DNA from: Octopus vulgaris
Taxonomy: Eukaryota
DNA: 64,000 nucleotides
Direction: 5' to 3'
NCBI GenBank assembly: GCA_951406725.2
Contig: OX597829.1
Span: 30,442,001-30,506,000, forward strand
Shown here piece after piece: positions 23,233-36,815 of the stretch. Within the stretch, counting starts at the first letter, position 1. Every line of letters begins with the position of its first letter. A program made the position numbers and the translations under genes. The notes beneath the pieces were generated by a model. The model did not search any database and was not told the DNA's origin. It was given only the letters and a program-made list of their open reading frames with translations.

Positions 23233-23450
23233 CCCTTTAGTGTTCAGATTACTCTGTTAAATGTGATAATTTTTCACTCATTGTTTTGAATTAATCATGC
23301 AATATGTTATAGCTTTGAGGTTTCAATGATGTGATTGTTTGTTTTTAGAATATCAATGTAGGTTAGGTGTGAGAGGCTAGATATCGCCCGTTTGAATGTA
23401 AAACATGTAGGATATCTGGGCCAGATATGGCCGGTTTAAACACTAAAGGG
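23233..23450. mobile_element. TTAA-flanked MITE (piggyBac-type)
   Basis: ttaa|ccctttagtgtt ... aacactaaaggg|ttaa. Related partial copies lie near 18650-18820 and 21767-21850. Confidence 0.85.
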
Positions 23451-24751
23451 TTAAGTGAAGCAGTTAAACCTTTGAAGCCATAAATTAGTGAAACTTTTAT
23501 TTTGTAGTAAAATTTTCATTTTGTTTGTGACTAATTTCATTCATAATGATTCTTATATTTTCAATGAAATTTGATAATTGTCTTTCTTATTGGTTAGGTT
23601 TGGGAGGCACTAAAATACATACTTCCAATCTTTACAGCACATGAAAGCATATTAAGAGTATACAAATGCTTATTGTGTGTACTGAAATATTTAGTCATGT
23701 TTGTATACATAAGTGATGGTTGCTATGTATGTAGCTTCTAAATATCCCTTAATATGTTGGCTCCCAGATGACTTACTGGAGCATTCCCCTGAGTTGTCTC
23801 TTTGTTTCTGTGAACAATTTGGGAGCTGGCATACTATGAAATTTTAAGTGTAATTAATGTACACTAGAACTTTTTTCTTTATGTATTTTATAATTTTTTT
23901 TCCTTTCTTTTGATTTTCACATCTACTGGATTTTACCATGTATTTAAGTAAAATTAAACACTGAATAGAGATTAAATTATGAAAACGATCCCCCACTGGA
24001 TTGTGGGTAAAAAAAAAACATTGTGATCTTTGACTCCCATGCTTTTGTATACAGATAGAAATTAAATTTATTGGGCGTGTTAAAAATGTTACTTAAAATG
24101 GAGTGTTTGAGAAAACTGTAGGGAGGTTAAACTCTTTTTTTCTTTAATTCTTATTACTTTGAATTGTGTTACATTTCTTATACGTACATACAAAGAGTAT
24201 AATTTATGTGAAATAAAGATGAATCTTTGAATTTCATTGTGTTCTTGTTTAGATTTATACTCAAAATGGTTGAATTTTAAGAATTTTTTTTTTTTTTTTT
24301 TTTTTTTTTGCTCATTTTGAAAAGTCTAATATATTTACTCATTTTCTAGTCTAACATTAGTGCAAGCAATGTGTAACATGTTCCTATATATTATAATTCA
24401 TACAAGGATGGTGGACTGGCTGGTTTGTTAGAGCATTGGGCATGTAATATTGTCTTGCAATGTCAAGGGGTTGATATAATGGACTGGACTGTTTCCTCCC
24501 TCCCCTCCTAAAACATTAGGAACAGTTATTCTTATTCTTTTACTTGTTTCAGTCATTTGACTGTGGCCATGCTGGAGCACCACCTTTAATCGAACAAATT
24601 GACCCCACAACTTATATTCTTTGTAAGCCTAGTACTTATTCTATCAGTCTCTTTTTGCTGAACTGCTAAGTTACGGGAACATGAACACACCAACATTAGT
24701 TGTCAAGAGATGGTGGACACACACATACATATAAAAAAAAATATATATATA

Positions 24752-26208
24752 AACACCTTCAGGTAGATGGCCTTGCTCGATCTGTAGAAAAGGCGTAGGT
24801 AGGAACTCTATAAGATGCCCCAAGTGTAAGCTATGGACACGTAAGAGGTGCAGCAATGTCAAAGGAAAGCTAACCAGGAAGATAGTTTTTGTATGTGGTA
24901 GATGCTCTGGTTCAATAAAGACTGAAGATGCGCAGAGACCATCTTCCGCCACATTCCAGGGAGAAAAACTTGAAATAGTTGATAGTTTCTGTTACCTAGG
25001 TGACCAAGTCAGTAGCGGGGTGGGTGGGCCGAAAGTGTAACTGCTAGAGTAAGAATAGCCTGGGCAAAGTTCAGAGAGCTCTTACCTCTGCTGATGACAA
25101 AGGGCCTCTCGCTCAGAGTAAAAGGCAGACTGTATGATGCATGTGTGCGAACAGCCATGCTACATGGCAGTGAAACATGGGCCGTGACTGCTGAGGATAT
25201 GCGTAAGCTCGCAAGAAATGAAGCCAGTATGCTCCGTTGGATGTGTAATGTCAGTGTTCATACCCGACAGTGTAAGTGCCTTGAGAGAAAAGTTGGACCT
25301 AAGAAGCATCAGATGTGGTGTGCATGAGAGGCGTCTACGCTGGTATGGACACGTAGTAAGAATGGATGAAGATAGTTGTGTGAAAAAGTGCCACGCCCTA
25401 GCAGTTGAGGGAACCTGTGGAAGAGGTAGACCCAGGAAAGCCTGGGACGAGGTGGTGAAGAACGACCTTCGCGCTTTAGGTCTCACCAAGGAAATGACCA
25501 GAGACTGAGACCTTTGGAAGTATGCTGTGCGCGAGAAGACCCGGCAGGACACATGAGGCCATAACCCATGGCCCCTACCTGGGACGTAGTCAGTCCACCT
25601 GTGCATACCTTCCTTCTTGGGACACTTATGAAGACCTGTTGAGGCAAGTGAAAATCAAACCAAATCAAAATCGATGAACATCAATGGAATTTGTATCTTT
25701 GTGGTACCAGTGCCGGTGGCACATAAAAAAACCCATCTGAACGTGGCCATAGCCAGTACCGCATCGACTGGCCTCTGTGCTGTGCGCACGTAACAAACAC
25801 CATCCGATCGTGGCCGTGTCAGCCCCGCCTGGCCTCCGTGCCGGTGGCACTTAAAAGACACCATCCGAGCGTGGCCGTTCGCCAGCCTCGTCTGGCACCT
25901 GTGTCCGTGGCACATAAAAAACACCATCCGAGTGTGGCCATTCGCCAGCCTCGTCTGGCACCTGTGTCGGTGGCACATAAAAACACCATCCGAGCGTGGC
26001 CGTTCGCCAGCCTCGTCTGGCACCTGTGTCGGTGGCACATAAAAAGCACCCACTACACTCACGGAGTGGTTGGCGTTAGGAAGGGCATCCAGCTGTAGAA
26101 ACACTGCCAGATCTGACTGGCCTGGTGCAGCCTTCGGCTGTCCCAGACCCCAGTTGAACCGTCCAACTCATGCTAGCATAGAAAGCGGACGTTAAACGAT
26201 GATGGTGA
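24752..26208 (+). mobile_element. 5'-truncated RTE LINE with complete 3' UTR and (GAT)n tail
   Basis: Matches the 3' part of the RTE at 5330-6120 (LYDACVRTAMLHGSETW, RLRWYGHV). The 3' UTR carries ~60-bp tandem repeats and ends 'gcggacgttaaacgatgatg'. Confidence 0.92.
25700..26045 (+). repeat. ~60-bp GC-rich tandem repeats in the RTE 3' UTR
   Basis: The unit 'ggtggcacataaaaacaccatccgagcgtggccgttcgccagcctcgtctggcacctgtgtc' occurs about 5-6 times. Confidence 0.9.
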
Positions 26209-27029
26209 TATATATATACAGTGGGCTTTCAGTTTCCATCTACCAAATCCACTCACAAGGCTTTGGTCAGCTGGAGGCTATAGTAGACACTTGCCCAAGG
26301 TGTCACACTGTGGGACTGAACCCAGAGCCATGTAGTTGGTAAGCAAGCTACTTGCCATACGGCCATTCCTGTGCCTTGTATAAATTTGACATTGAAAAAA
26401 AATAAACAAATTTACATTGCTTGAATTGTATCTATCACTACTTGCTGGTCAACTACAGGAACAATTACACTAACCTGAGTGTGTCCTTTTCTCTCACGAC
26501 AAATATAGCATAGAAATGTTCAACCTTTTATTTTTTAACTGAATTTATACATGCATATTGATAATTCTTGATCCCAACTTTGATCAACAGCTTGCTATAC
26601 TAGATACTGGTAGAAATGGCTTAATCTGTAAAAATGACTTAATTTGTAGGTGCTAGATGGCTGATGAGTGATGTTAGTCTAAGTAAAATATTTCCTTGTC
26701 ACATTCTAGATAACATAACAAAAATGGAAGCACAACCTCAGTAGTGTGGTATATATTCAGTCAGTTGCATGTCGGTATGGCAAATACTGAATTACTTGAT
26801 TCAAGTCCTGTTGGTAGTGTGTTCCTCTGCTTAACCTCAAATTGGTGTATAGATGGGTATAATGTTTAGATTTTAAGATATCTCAGCAGTTCTTTGGCAT
26901 TATTTGTAATACAAAATCCTTAGGAATGTCAGTCATGAACTTTTAGCATTGGATGCTTTTTATAGCCTTGTGTTTCAATATATGATTTAATAAAGCAGAG
27001 GTAAAGCAATGTATTCACATGATGTACTT

Positions 27030-27530
27030 TGACTGCTGCTACATGAGACTCCAAATGCCCTCTGTCATCTCAAAAGATGAAGTTACTCTTTATAAGAGTT
27101 CAAGGAGTCCAGCTTGTAATCACACAGGGGTGTTAATGTCTATCATCACAACAATCACAAAAGAATTCTTTAATAAGTCTCAGTATATCTGGTTGAAAGT
27201 GGTAGCTTTTAAATGTAGTAACTTTTAACTTTCACTTAACATTGAGCTTTTTTTCTTGTACTAACAATGTCATATTGTTTTCATAGCTGGTATTCTGGCT
27301 GTTTGAGAGCAAAAGACATTCTGGTTTCTGCTGGTGAAAATTTAAATGAGACCTGATGATAGGTCAATAGAATATAAGATAAAACACTTTGATGGCTAAT
27401 ATGTAGGATTTTCTTCACAATGCATTGACCACCATCACATCAAAACAAAGATGAGAGGGCATGATCCAGCTATTGTTAATTACCTCTTTGGGCTGGCAAT
27501 ATACATTGTTCCAACAAGTTGTAAAGTAGT
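27030..27530 (+). mobile_element. Possible highly decayed Helitron Rep/helicase fragment
   Basis: Weak peptide echoes: 'LLLHETPNA' (compare RLLLHHVxG) and 'FLHNAL...' (compare the PIF1 region TFLYNAL). Many stops. Confidence 0.25.
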
Positions 27531-27708
27531 TTCCATAGCCATTAATTTAGTTGATACGGGAACTACCATTAGCTGTATTCTCACAACAGTTCATGAACAA
27601 ATATACAAAATAAAAATTCAGGGTGGTTGGGGTGGAAGAATACATTTATACATCTGTTATACTGACAGTTCTTATTGCGTTCAGAATGATTGAATTTTTC
27701 TCAAAATA

Positions 27709-27772
<64 letters not shown>

Positions 27773-27888
27773 TCTCTTTGAACTTTCACCTTTTCTTTTT
27801 GTCATAAAAAATAAATGCATCATATTTTCTCACCACAACTTGATGTGATAAATCCATGTATAAATATACAGTAATTGATTGTAGATGT

Positions 27889-28595
27889 CAGTTGAGGGAA
27901 CCTGTGGAAGAGGTAGATCCAGGAAAACCTGGGATGAGGTGGTGAAGCATGACCTTCGAATATTGGGCCTTACTGAAGCAATGACTAGTGACCAGGACCT
28001 TTGGAGATATGCTGTGCTTGAGAAGACCCAACAAGCCAAGTGAGACCATAACCTGTGGCCTATGCCAGGGGTGTAACCAGCCCACTTATACGTACCTTTC
28101 CTTCATTGGACACTAAACTCTTCTTGCGAAGACCTGTTGAGGCAAGTGAAATCGAAATCAAATTCGATGACTGGCATCTGTGCTAGTGGAGTGCTAAGAG
28201 CGCCATCTGAGCATGATTGTTGCCAGAGCAGCTGACTGGCTTCCATTCCGGTGGCATGTAAAAAACACCATTCAAGTGTGATCGTTACCACCATTACCCT
28301 ACTGGCACATGAAAAAATATTCGAGCAAGGTCGTTGCCAGTGCCACTGTGCAGGTGGCATATAAAAACCACCATTTGAGCATGGCCATTGCCAGTACTGC
28401 CTGACTGGCCCTCATGCTGGTGGCATGTAAAGCACCCACTACACTCTCGGAGTGGTTGGCATTAGGAAGGGCATCCAGCTGTAGAAACTCTGCCAGATCA
28501 GATTGGAGCCTGGTGCAGCCATCTGGTTCACCAGTCCTCAGTCAGATCATCCAACCCATGCCAGCATGGAAAACGGACATTAAATGATGATGATA
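27889..28595 (+). mobile_element. 5'-truncated RTE 3' end with UTR
   Basis: 'VEGTCGRGRSRKTWDEVVKHDL' followed by UTR repeats, 'gagtggttggcattaggaagggcatccagctgtag' and a (GAT)n tail. Confidence 0.88.
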
Positions 28596-31054
28596 TTACA
28601 TTTAATATATGCACTGTTGCATTTTAGTAATTTTTACAAAATTATCTACCTCTTAGCAATCATACACATAAATGCTCTTACACACAAACACATAAAGCTC
28701 AAACAATATTTTCTTTGTTAATCTGCCTGGCTGGCTTGTAATGCTGTTATCAAAGATTTTTTAAAAATCTGTGGAAGCCAAAATTTGTGAGTGACTTTGA
28801 ATATTTATAATAGAATCTGAGGTTGACTTTGTGAATTCTCCTATTCTTTAAACTTGTTTGAGAAAGTTCCAACTAAAGTTATCACATTCATTTCTTCTGT
28901 TCCTTTTACCTATTTTTGAAAGAATATTTAACAACAAATTTAATTTTGAACAAAATTAAGTATTGGTCAACAATCTACAACAATAAAATTGAAGGATGTT
29001 GCTTATGATAGGGAGTCTCTGCAGGTTTTTTTTTATTATTGCTATCATCCTCCAAATATATTTGTGGAGAAGCACATATTAATCAAATACATTATGAATA
29101 AAGGAAACAAAAAAAAAAAAAACCAACAGTAATACACTGGGGGTGATGTGGGGAGGTTTTATCCATGATTCATCACTTAATATATTTCCTATCTTCATAT
29201 TCTTGCTTTACAAACCCTCACCACTACCCTGCCTGTATTCTATTCCAACTTTTCTAAACCTGTATTCTTTTACTGCATGGATTTAAAGACAGACTTGTTA
29301 ATATTAAAATTAAGAAAATAAAACATAAAATAAGTTTCTAAATAAAAAAAAAATCAACCAAAAACTAAGAAATTAAATGGTAAAATGTAGTTTTCAAATA
29401 TGTGAATTCCTGAGGCAATTAAAATATTTTCAAATGAAATCTTTTTTAATTTTATTTCTATTACAATGTTTTGATATGTCAATGGCAAACAGTTACTGGG
29501 TGTTTGTATGCTGAAACGTTTTGTTTCTGTTCTGAGATAACTCACAAGAATGATGTAATGGCATGGAATACTTCTTAAGTAGGAAAAAGAAAAAAAACTT
29601 GAAAATTAGTATGCATCTTCAGCTATGCTAGTGGAGAAGTTGCTGTGATTTTCTGAAATCAACAGGGTGGTCAGCAACAGCCATAGTTAGGTATCAGTAG
29701 CTAGTAGGTGGACGGCATGATGTTGTGTAACTACCATAATACCTGAGAGTAAATCACCTGGAAGGTGGTCTTTGGTGATTTTGCTCAACATTGGGTTGCT
29801 GTACTCAGCTGGTTTCTCCACTAGGCATTTAGGGTGTACTAATTGGACCTTACCTGATCAGAGGGATGGGGCTTTGGGCAGCATAAAAAAATCTTTTCTC
29901 TAGAATTATATTTCCAAAATCAGTGCGTCTATCATTCCATCTTTGGAATGATTGTTCTTGAAGCAGACAAAGCTAGATATTGGGTTAAAAATCCTCTGAA
30001 TAGAAAAGTTAAAGGTTACTTGTCAAACTCGCACCCACATTTCCTGTATATATGACAGGCATTTCTGCTTTGAGATCCACTGTTACAAAAAAGAATTATT
30101 TCAGTTCTTGGAGTTTGTAAATTCTTGACATCATGTGAACAACCTACAATTCTCACAAGAAAGAATAGATATTTTTAAACTGATAGAGAAATTCAAAGGA
30201 TTTCTTTGGTACAATGGTAGAACACTCGCCATATTTACAGGAGATGTGGGTTTTATCCAGAGGAATTTTTAACAATATTTACATGTTATTATAGTTTTGT
30301 CTGCTTCAAGATTCACTTTTCCAAAAACTTTTTTCACATTCTCTCAAAGTTTATAAATTCTTATGAAGTCAACAATATACATATGTATTAGGTTGGGACA
30401 TACCATTATTGAACTACATATGTCCCATTTTTTGTTCCACTACTTTTCACAATCTTTGAGGCAGCTTCTTTATCCTGTTCTCTCAGTTTTTAGTCTTCCA
30501 AATAATTGAAGTTCTTCACATTCCTTTGTTTCCAATCTTCTGTGCAAACATGTCTGGCCATGGATATCTAAATCGGAAACCAGTGAGCGTTGGCATCCAA
30601 CTAGAAAATCTTCCTCAACAAATTCTGTCCAATCCATACAAGTGTGGACGTTAGGAATATGACTGTGTGGATCACTTCAAATGGTAATGAAGGACATTCA
30701 AAGATGGAACATGTTTTCCCTTCAAGTCTTTATTTATTGTAATTGTCACAGAGGGCAAATGTTTATCTTCTATTAATAGAAAAGTAAAATGTCATAGGAA
30801 ACATTTTACAATAAATGTTTGGTCTTTATGCAATATATAAGTGCTATAAAAAAATTATCAGAATCTCAAGTTAAGGCATTGCTTTTTTATCCTTTTCTCT
30901 TGTTACAATATTTCTGTTGAAATAACACTGCCTTGGTTTTTAAGCTAGTGTTTGGAAAATATGCATGAAGGTTTTAATTTAAACCACTTTAAAACAGTAA
31001 GTTTGTATCGTAGAATCAAAAGTGGTCTTGGGTTGATATCAAATAGGTTGAAAG

Positions 31055-31260
31055 GCAGGAATGTTAGCACGTCAGATGAAATGCTTAGTGGTATTTCATC
31101 TGTCTTTATGTTCTGGGTTCAAATTCTGCCGAGGTCAACTTTGCCTTTCATCCTTTCAGGGTTGATAGTTGATAAATTAAGTACCAGTTGCATACTGGGG
31201 TCGATCTAATCAACTGGCGTCCTCCCCCAAAATTTCGGGCCTTGTACCTAGAGTAGAAAA
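31055..31260 (+). mobile_element. SINE family M copy
   Basis: Matches 10416-10625. Confidence 0.8.
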
Positions 31261-31309
31261 AAAAGAAAGATATGAAACAGGTTTAATTTCTTGGTGGAAG
31301 ATAGATTGT

Positions 31310-31797
31310 GACCATGCTGAGGCACTGCCTTGAATTTTTAATCAAATGAATCGACCCTAGTACTTATTTCTTAAGGCTGGTACCTATTGTATCAGTCTCT
31401 TTTGCCAAACCACTAAGTTATGGGGATATGAACACACCAAGTGGTGGTGTGAAGGGGTGGGACAAATACAGACACAAAGACACACGCACAAATCCACTCA
31501 CAAGGTTTCAGTCAGTCTGAGGCTATAGCAGAAGACACTTGCTCAAGGTGCCATACATATATATGTATGTATATATCTATGTATTTGTGTCTGTATTTCA
31601 CTGCCCACCATCACTTGGTGACCAGTCCCGTTGTGCTTACATCCCTGTAACTTAACTGTTTGGCAAAAGAGACTGATAAAATAAGCCTATGTAGAGCAAA
31701 TAAGTCCTGGGGTTGACACATTTGACAAAAATTTCTTTCAGTCATTTCTCCAGCATGGCCACAGTCTAATGACTGAAACAAGTAAAAGATAAAAGAT
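31310..31797. mobile_element. Two partial family C SINE copies in opposite orientations
   Basis: 31310-31555 (-) and 31565-31797 (+) match parts of 36600-37025. Confidence 0.7.
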
Positions 31798-31800
31798 GTC

Positions 31801-31841
<41 letters not shown>

Positions 31842-31943
31842 GTAATAAAACTCATTAAGGGATAATAAATCCAATGATAATACTGGTTAATTACCAATCT
31901 ATAGAAAGTTCAACTATAAGGTAACCATATAAACCGTAGTTTA

Positions 31944-32337
31944 TATATTTAAAGAATAAGGAGAAAATGGAGAGGTAATTAATAAAATTATTTATTAATT
32001 ATAAAATATAACAACATCTCTGACAGCTGTTTCGAGTCAGAAATCTTTAGATAATTTATAAAATTAAAATCATTATATGATTAATCTCTTCAGAAGTAGT
32101 AAAGATATATCGATTAGAAAAAGATGTTGAGATAACAGCTATAAACTGTTGACTAGTTTAACAGTTTATAGCCATTATCTCAACATGTTTTTCTAATCAG
32201 TATATCTTTACTACCTCTGAAGAGATTCATTATCTAAAGATTTCTGAATTGAAACAGCTGTCAGAAATGTCATATTTTATAATTTATAAATAATTTTATT
32301 AATTACCTCTCTATTTTCTCTTTATTCTTTATATATT
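31944..32337. repeat. ~390-bp palindrome made of inverted Penelope-like terminal repeats with hammerhead cores
   Basis: The arms 'aaagaataaggagaaaatggagaggtaattaataaaatt' and 'aattttattaattacctctctattttctctttattcttt' are reverse complements centred near 32152. CTGAAGA...GAAACAGCTGTC is present in each arm. Confidence 0.75.
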
Positions 32338-32534
32338 TATATGTTTGTATATATATGTGAGTATACATACATATGCAAGAGAGAGAGAAATGGATAGATA
32401 GACAGATTATGCAAGCTAGTGTGCTTAGGCATATTGTTCTTATTCCCATAGAGGGTGCAAATGGAAATGGTGAATAATGGAAACTTCAGTGGTGTAAACA
32501 GATCAAATATGATGATGAGCAAAAACCGTTAGAG

Positions 32535-33067
32535 CAGTGGTTCCCAAATTCATTTTTGTGCTGCTACCCTCTTGGCACCAAGGTTACACTCCTAACTCAC
32601 CACCACAGGCATAGACCATTTCCTGCAGCAAATTCAAAACAGCTGTGTTACACGATGTGTTCTTTTCATTCTTCTGGGGTCAATAAAATAAAGTACCAGT
32701 CAAAAAGCTGGAGTCAATATACTGGACTGCTCCCCTCCTCAGATTTCAGGTCTCGTGTGCCTATGCTAAAAACAATACTACTACTACTACTACTACCACA
32801 GCAACAGCTGGAGATCTGATGAGGCTGGCGATGACCATTTATTCCTGGATTTACATAGACTGAGTTCAATTTAAACCACTGAGAAAGTAAAACAGTTGGC
32901 GGAAAGTCCTTCGTTGAACACAATTAAAACTTAACCTAATTAACCCATTAGTTTGTTTGTTTTTACACCAATTACCCCCTTTTTTCCACCCCATTATTGC
33001 CTGACTTTTCTTTACCCTCACCTCCCGGATGTTTCCACTGCCCCCTGATGGTCAGTACCAACCACTG
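32535..33067. mobile_element. hAT (Charlie-like) non-autonomous element
   Basis: TIR cagtggtt / aaccactg with 8-bp flanks cgttagag / agttagag (7/8). Confidence 0.7.
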
Positions 33068-33969
33068 AGTTAGAGTATTGAATGGTGGATGAGCAGAATA
33101 ATTAAAGCATTGGTAAAATCCTTGTGTTATTTGACTTTGTGGTCTGAGTTCAATACTGTTGAGGTAAACATTATTCTTTTCATTCTTCTGGGGTCAATAA
33201 AATAATGTACCAGTCAAAAACTGGAGTCAATATAATGGACTGCTCCCCTCCTCAGATTTCAGGTCGTGTGCCTATGCTAAAAACAATTTTAAGATTAAAG
33301 CAATCAAGCTTATGTCATGATACATTCTCAAATGAATATTTTATTGGAGATTAAGGACTTGAAAGTTGTTTAGGAGTACCTTAGATGTTTGTACATTTTC
33401 TTGGAAGGAAAAGGGAGACTTAGAATTTAAGATGGCTGGTTGGTTATTTCAAAGACAAGAATGTTGCATGGAAATAGAATTAATTAGCTGAGTAGGAAAT
33501 TAAATGGAATATTACTGGAGTGGTATTGTAATGTAAATTGTGATATATGAGCGGCAAAAGAAATTCTTCTTGGCTGATCTTTAAACTGTGTCAGGGAAGT
33601 AAACAAACATTAAATTCTTGATAGCAATAAAAGAAGGAAACAAAACAATAAAAACATTTAAAGAAAGACAACATTTTGTACTACCATGTTCTGATATCAA
33701 TAAATAGCCTTTTGGAAATAATTTCGGTTATGTGTGTAGATGTGTTTGTGCCTGTGTGTGTATACATAAATATATATGCACACTCATATACATACGCATA
33801 AAAATATATGCATATGTGTGTGAGTGTATGTATATCTCTGTGTGTTGATGAAATGCTATAGCTGAGGTGTGTAGATATGTGTAGTGTGCAAGAGTTAAAG
33901 TGGAGGTGAACCTCAGTAAGATTCCCTGTAGGCAAGGTGATGTACTCTTTTGATTGGTGTAGGTAATAT

Positions 33970-34158
33970 ATTTCTTTACTACCCACAAGGGGACAAACAA
34001 GGACAGACAAATGGAATAAGTCGATTACATCAACCCCAGTGCATAACTGGTACTTAATTTATCGACCCTGAAAGGATGAAAGGCAAAGTCGACCTCGGCG
34101 GAATTTGAACTCAGAATGTAACAGCAGATGAAATACGGCTATGCGTTTCACCCCACGT
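33970..34158 (-). mobile_element. SINE family M copy
   Basis: Reverse complement of 10416-10625. Confidence 0.85.
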
Positions 34159-34174
34159 AGATAATAATGATAGG

Positions 34175-36110
34175 ATGGGTGGAGTAGACATACTTTTGGC
34201 AAACAAATGGACATATAATGTGATCTAGTTGAAATATTTTATGCTAAGCAGAGGGCAAAGATATAGGGCATACAAGATAGGTGGAAGTTCTCACAGGCAA
34301 TCAACTGAGGGCTATGGGGCAAATTTGTGGATGGTGGAAGCTTCTGGCCAGATCAAAGGTGACATGGTGGTGGAAGATTAGGTAAGCAAAGCTATAAAAG
34401 CAAAACAGATAAGCTTGGAAAACTGGAAGAATGATGATGGTGGTCGTGGGGGTAGGGAGAAAAGAGTTATATCAGGGAACTAGAAGAGATAGGTTTACTT
34501 ACTGAGAGGAGAAGCAGAAAGGAAGAGGTTTGCCAATGTTCTTCAGCATGAGGATTAGAGGCTTGAGGTGTTCCAAGTTGCAAGACTGTGTATGAGGGAG
34601 AATCAAGATGTGGGTGATAAGTGTGTGCAAATGGGTAATGGTACACTTGTACTTACTGATTCTGAAAAGAAAGAGGGATGGCAGTGCTACTATGAAAGAC
34701 TACTAAATGTGGAGAATGCATGGGAAGAAGATGGTCTTCCTAACATGGACCCAACAGAGGGACCAGCCATTCTAGTACACAGCAGTATGATAGATAAAGC
34801 AGTTAAAGATATGAAGACAAGGGATGCCTCTGTCCATCAGGAATTACTGCTAAAATGCTTAAAATATGTAGAATATGAGTTGCCAAGTTACCTGTGTAGT
34901 TTAATTAAGTTGTACAGGAGTTAGAGCTCAATTGATTAGGAAGATAGTTGGCCAAGATGAGATGCAGTCTAGCTTTGTACCAGGAATAAGTACAACTGAT
35001 GCTTTCATCCCAGCATCCCAGAGAAGTATTCATCTAAGAGTAAGCTTCTATATTTAGTATTTGTTGACCTGGAGAAAGACTTTGACAGAGTCCCTCTTTC
35101 TGTGATTTGGCAGTCGGTGAAGAAGATACAGGCATACCTCACCCTATGTCATTAATTGGTTCCAGGAGATATGACTTAAGTCAAAAAATGACTTTAGTCA
35201 AGAAAAGACCTAAGTCGAATGAACTTGTCTCTAGGCTAGGATAGGTCAAATTTACTTATCTCTAGGCTAAACTGATAATAACCATTCCCAGTTCTGTACT
35301 TTATTTATGAATGTGTTTTCAATTATACATAGTTTGATGTATGCTAAAATCTTGTCCTTATCATGTACAATTGTTGAAAGAGTTGTCTGATTCATCCCAA
35401 AAGATCGTGCGATTGTTACAACTTTTTCACCTTTCTCATGGCACTTTATCACAGCCAGTTTATCTTTCAACTTTATAGCATGACGCTTAGCACTTTCACT
35501 ATGAATTTTCTTAGGAGCCATGACAGCAAAAAATAAAATCACAAATGAATGAGAATGAAAAAGCAGCCGATAAACAGATGTAAACAAATCTGAATTCAAA
35601 GCAATCGCGGGAATCACGAGTGACGACGCCTAACAGTAGATATTGGAACTAGAGTGCAATATTAGTTCCGAAAGACTGATAAATAAGACAACACAGCTGA
35701 TATCATGATTTCGTTCACTAAGCTACACTATGGTGTGTATCTTAACATTTACTGTACATATTTTTATATGGTTTTATTCTTATTTACTGTACAGTAACAT
35801 GATTTTATGTGCTTTTAACAATTTTCTAGTGATTTTACAATCCCAATATTTGTGGCAGACAGATGTAAAGTCGAGTAAAATGACTTCACTTGATTTTTAT
35901 TTTTTCATATATCATTTTTGAAAATCAACATATAATCGAGAATGACTTAAATTGAAATGACTTAAGCCAAGGTATGCCTGTATAGGCAAATGGCTAGTGG
36001 AACCCAGACAAGCCTTGTACAGAAGTATTATTAGAAAAATAAGATTTAGCAATGAGTACAGCAACAAACTCAATGTTCAGGTAGGTGCTATCAGAACTCA
36101 GTTTTCAGTC
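34175..36110 (+). mobile_element. Old decayed RTE LINE fragment interrupted by a Tigger-like element
   Basis: ORF 34568-34924 (YYERLLNVENAWEE...PTEGPAI) and 'FVDLEKDFDRV' are homologous to the RTE at 3110-6120. The LINE resumes after 35982. Confidence 0.8.
35129..35980 (-). mobile_element. pogo/Tigger deletion derivative
   Basis: TIR caggcatacct / aggtatgcctg with TA TSDs. ORF 'MAPKK...KLKDKLAVIKCHEKGEKVVTIARSFGMNQTTLSTIV' is a CENP-B/psq-type HTH. Confidence 0.9.
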
Positions 36111-36599
36111 CTTTGCAACATGTGTGTATGTATGTGATATATGTGTATTTTCTTTAAAAGTTATAAGCTACAAGCAGTAATGATGTCATCTCTTCTGTTA
36201 ACAAATCATTCACTTACATTGTACATTCAAAGACGTGAAATAAAAGATCCCTTGCAGAATAAACTGGTTGTTGTTAGTGACTGGAAGGACAATGCCCTAT
36301 ATCCAACCAACTCATGTGAGCAAGGAAAAGTGGATGTAAAAACAAAAGGAATATATATAAAACATGAGAGAAAGAAAATGGCAATTATAAAACTCTTTAT
36401 TCATGATGAGTGTTTCAACACATCATGTACTGGTACCTTGCAGGTAAGATACTGGACAAATATTTGTGGTGCATCAAAGGTGCAGGTGTGTCTCCTCAGG
36501 TGATTTATTTAAAAAGCATTCTACAAGATGTATATCCAAATATAAAATTACTACCTATTTATGAATGTATGTACATATATATATATATAAGCATATATA

Positions 36600-36761
36600 G
36601 GTGTAGGAGTGGCTTTGTGGTAAGTAGCTTGCTTATGAACCACATAGTTCTGGGTTCAGTCCCACTGCGAGGCACCTTGAGCAAGTGTCTTCTACTATAG
36701 CTTCAGGTTGACCAAAGCCTTGTGAGTGGATTTGGTAGATGGAAACTGAAAGAAGCCTGTC

Positions 36762-36815
<54 letters not shown>

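Larger units (their letters stand above)
24537..26372 (-). mobile_element. CORE-type SINE (family C) split by an RTE insertion
   Basis: The 3' half lies at 24537-24750 and the 5' half at 26210-26372, both on the minus strand. The interruption falls in the SINE's internal (TA)n/(CA)n tract. Confidence 0.8.

Noticed and set aside
29640-30085. Higher-complexity segment that might be an exon
   Set aside because: There is no ORF of 60 aa or more and no identifiable motif; probably an ancient TE fragment.
30205-30262. tRNA-like 'tggtacaatggtagaacactcgcc...gggttttatcc'
   Set aside because: There is no complete cloverleaf; at most a decayed tRNA or SINE head.
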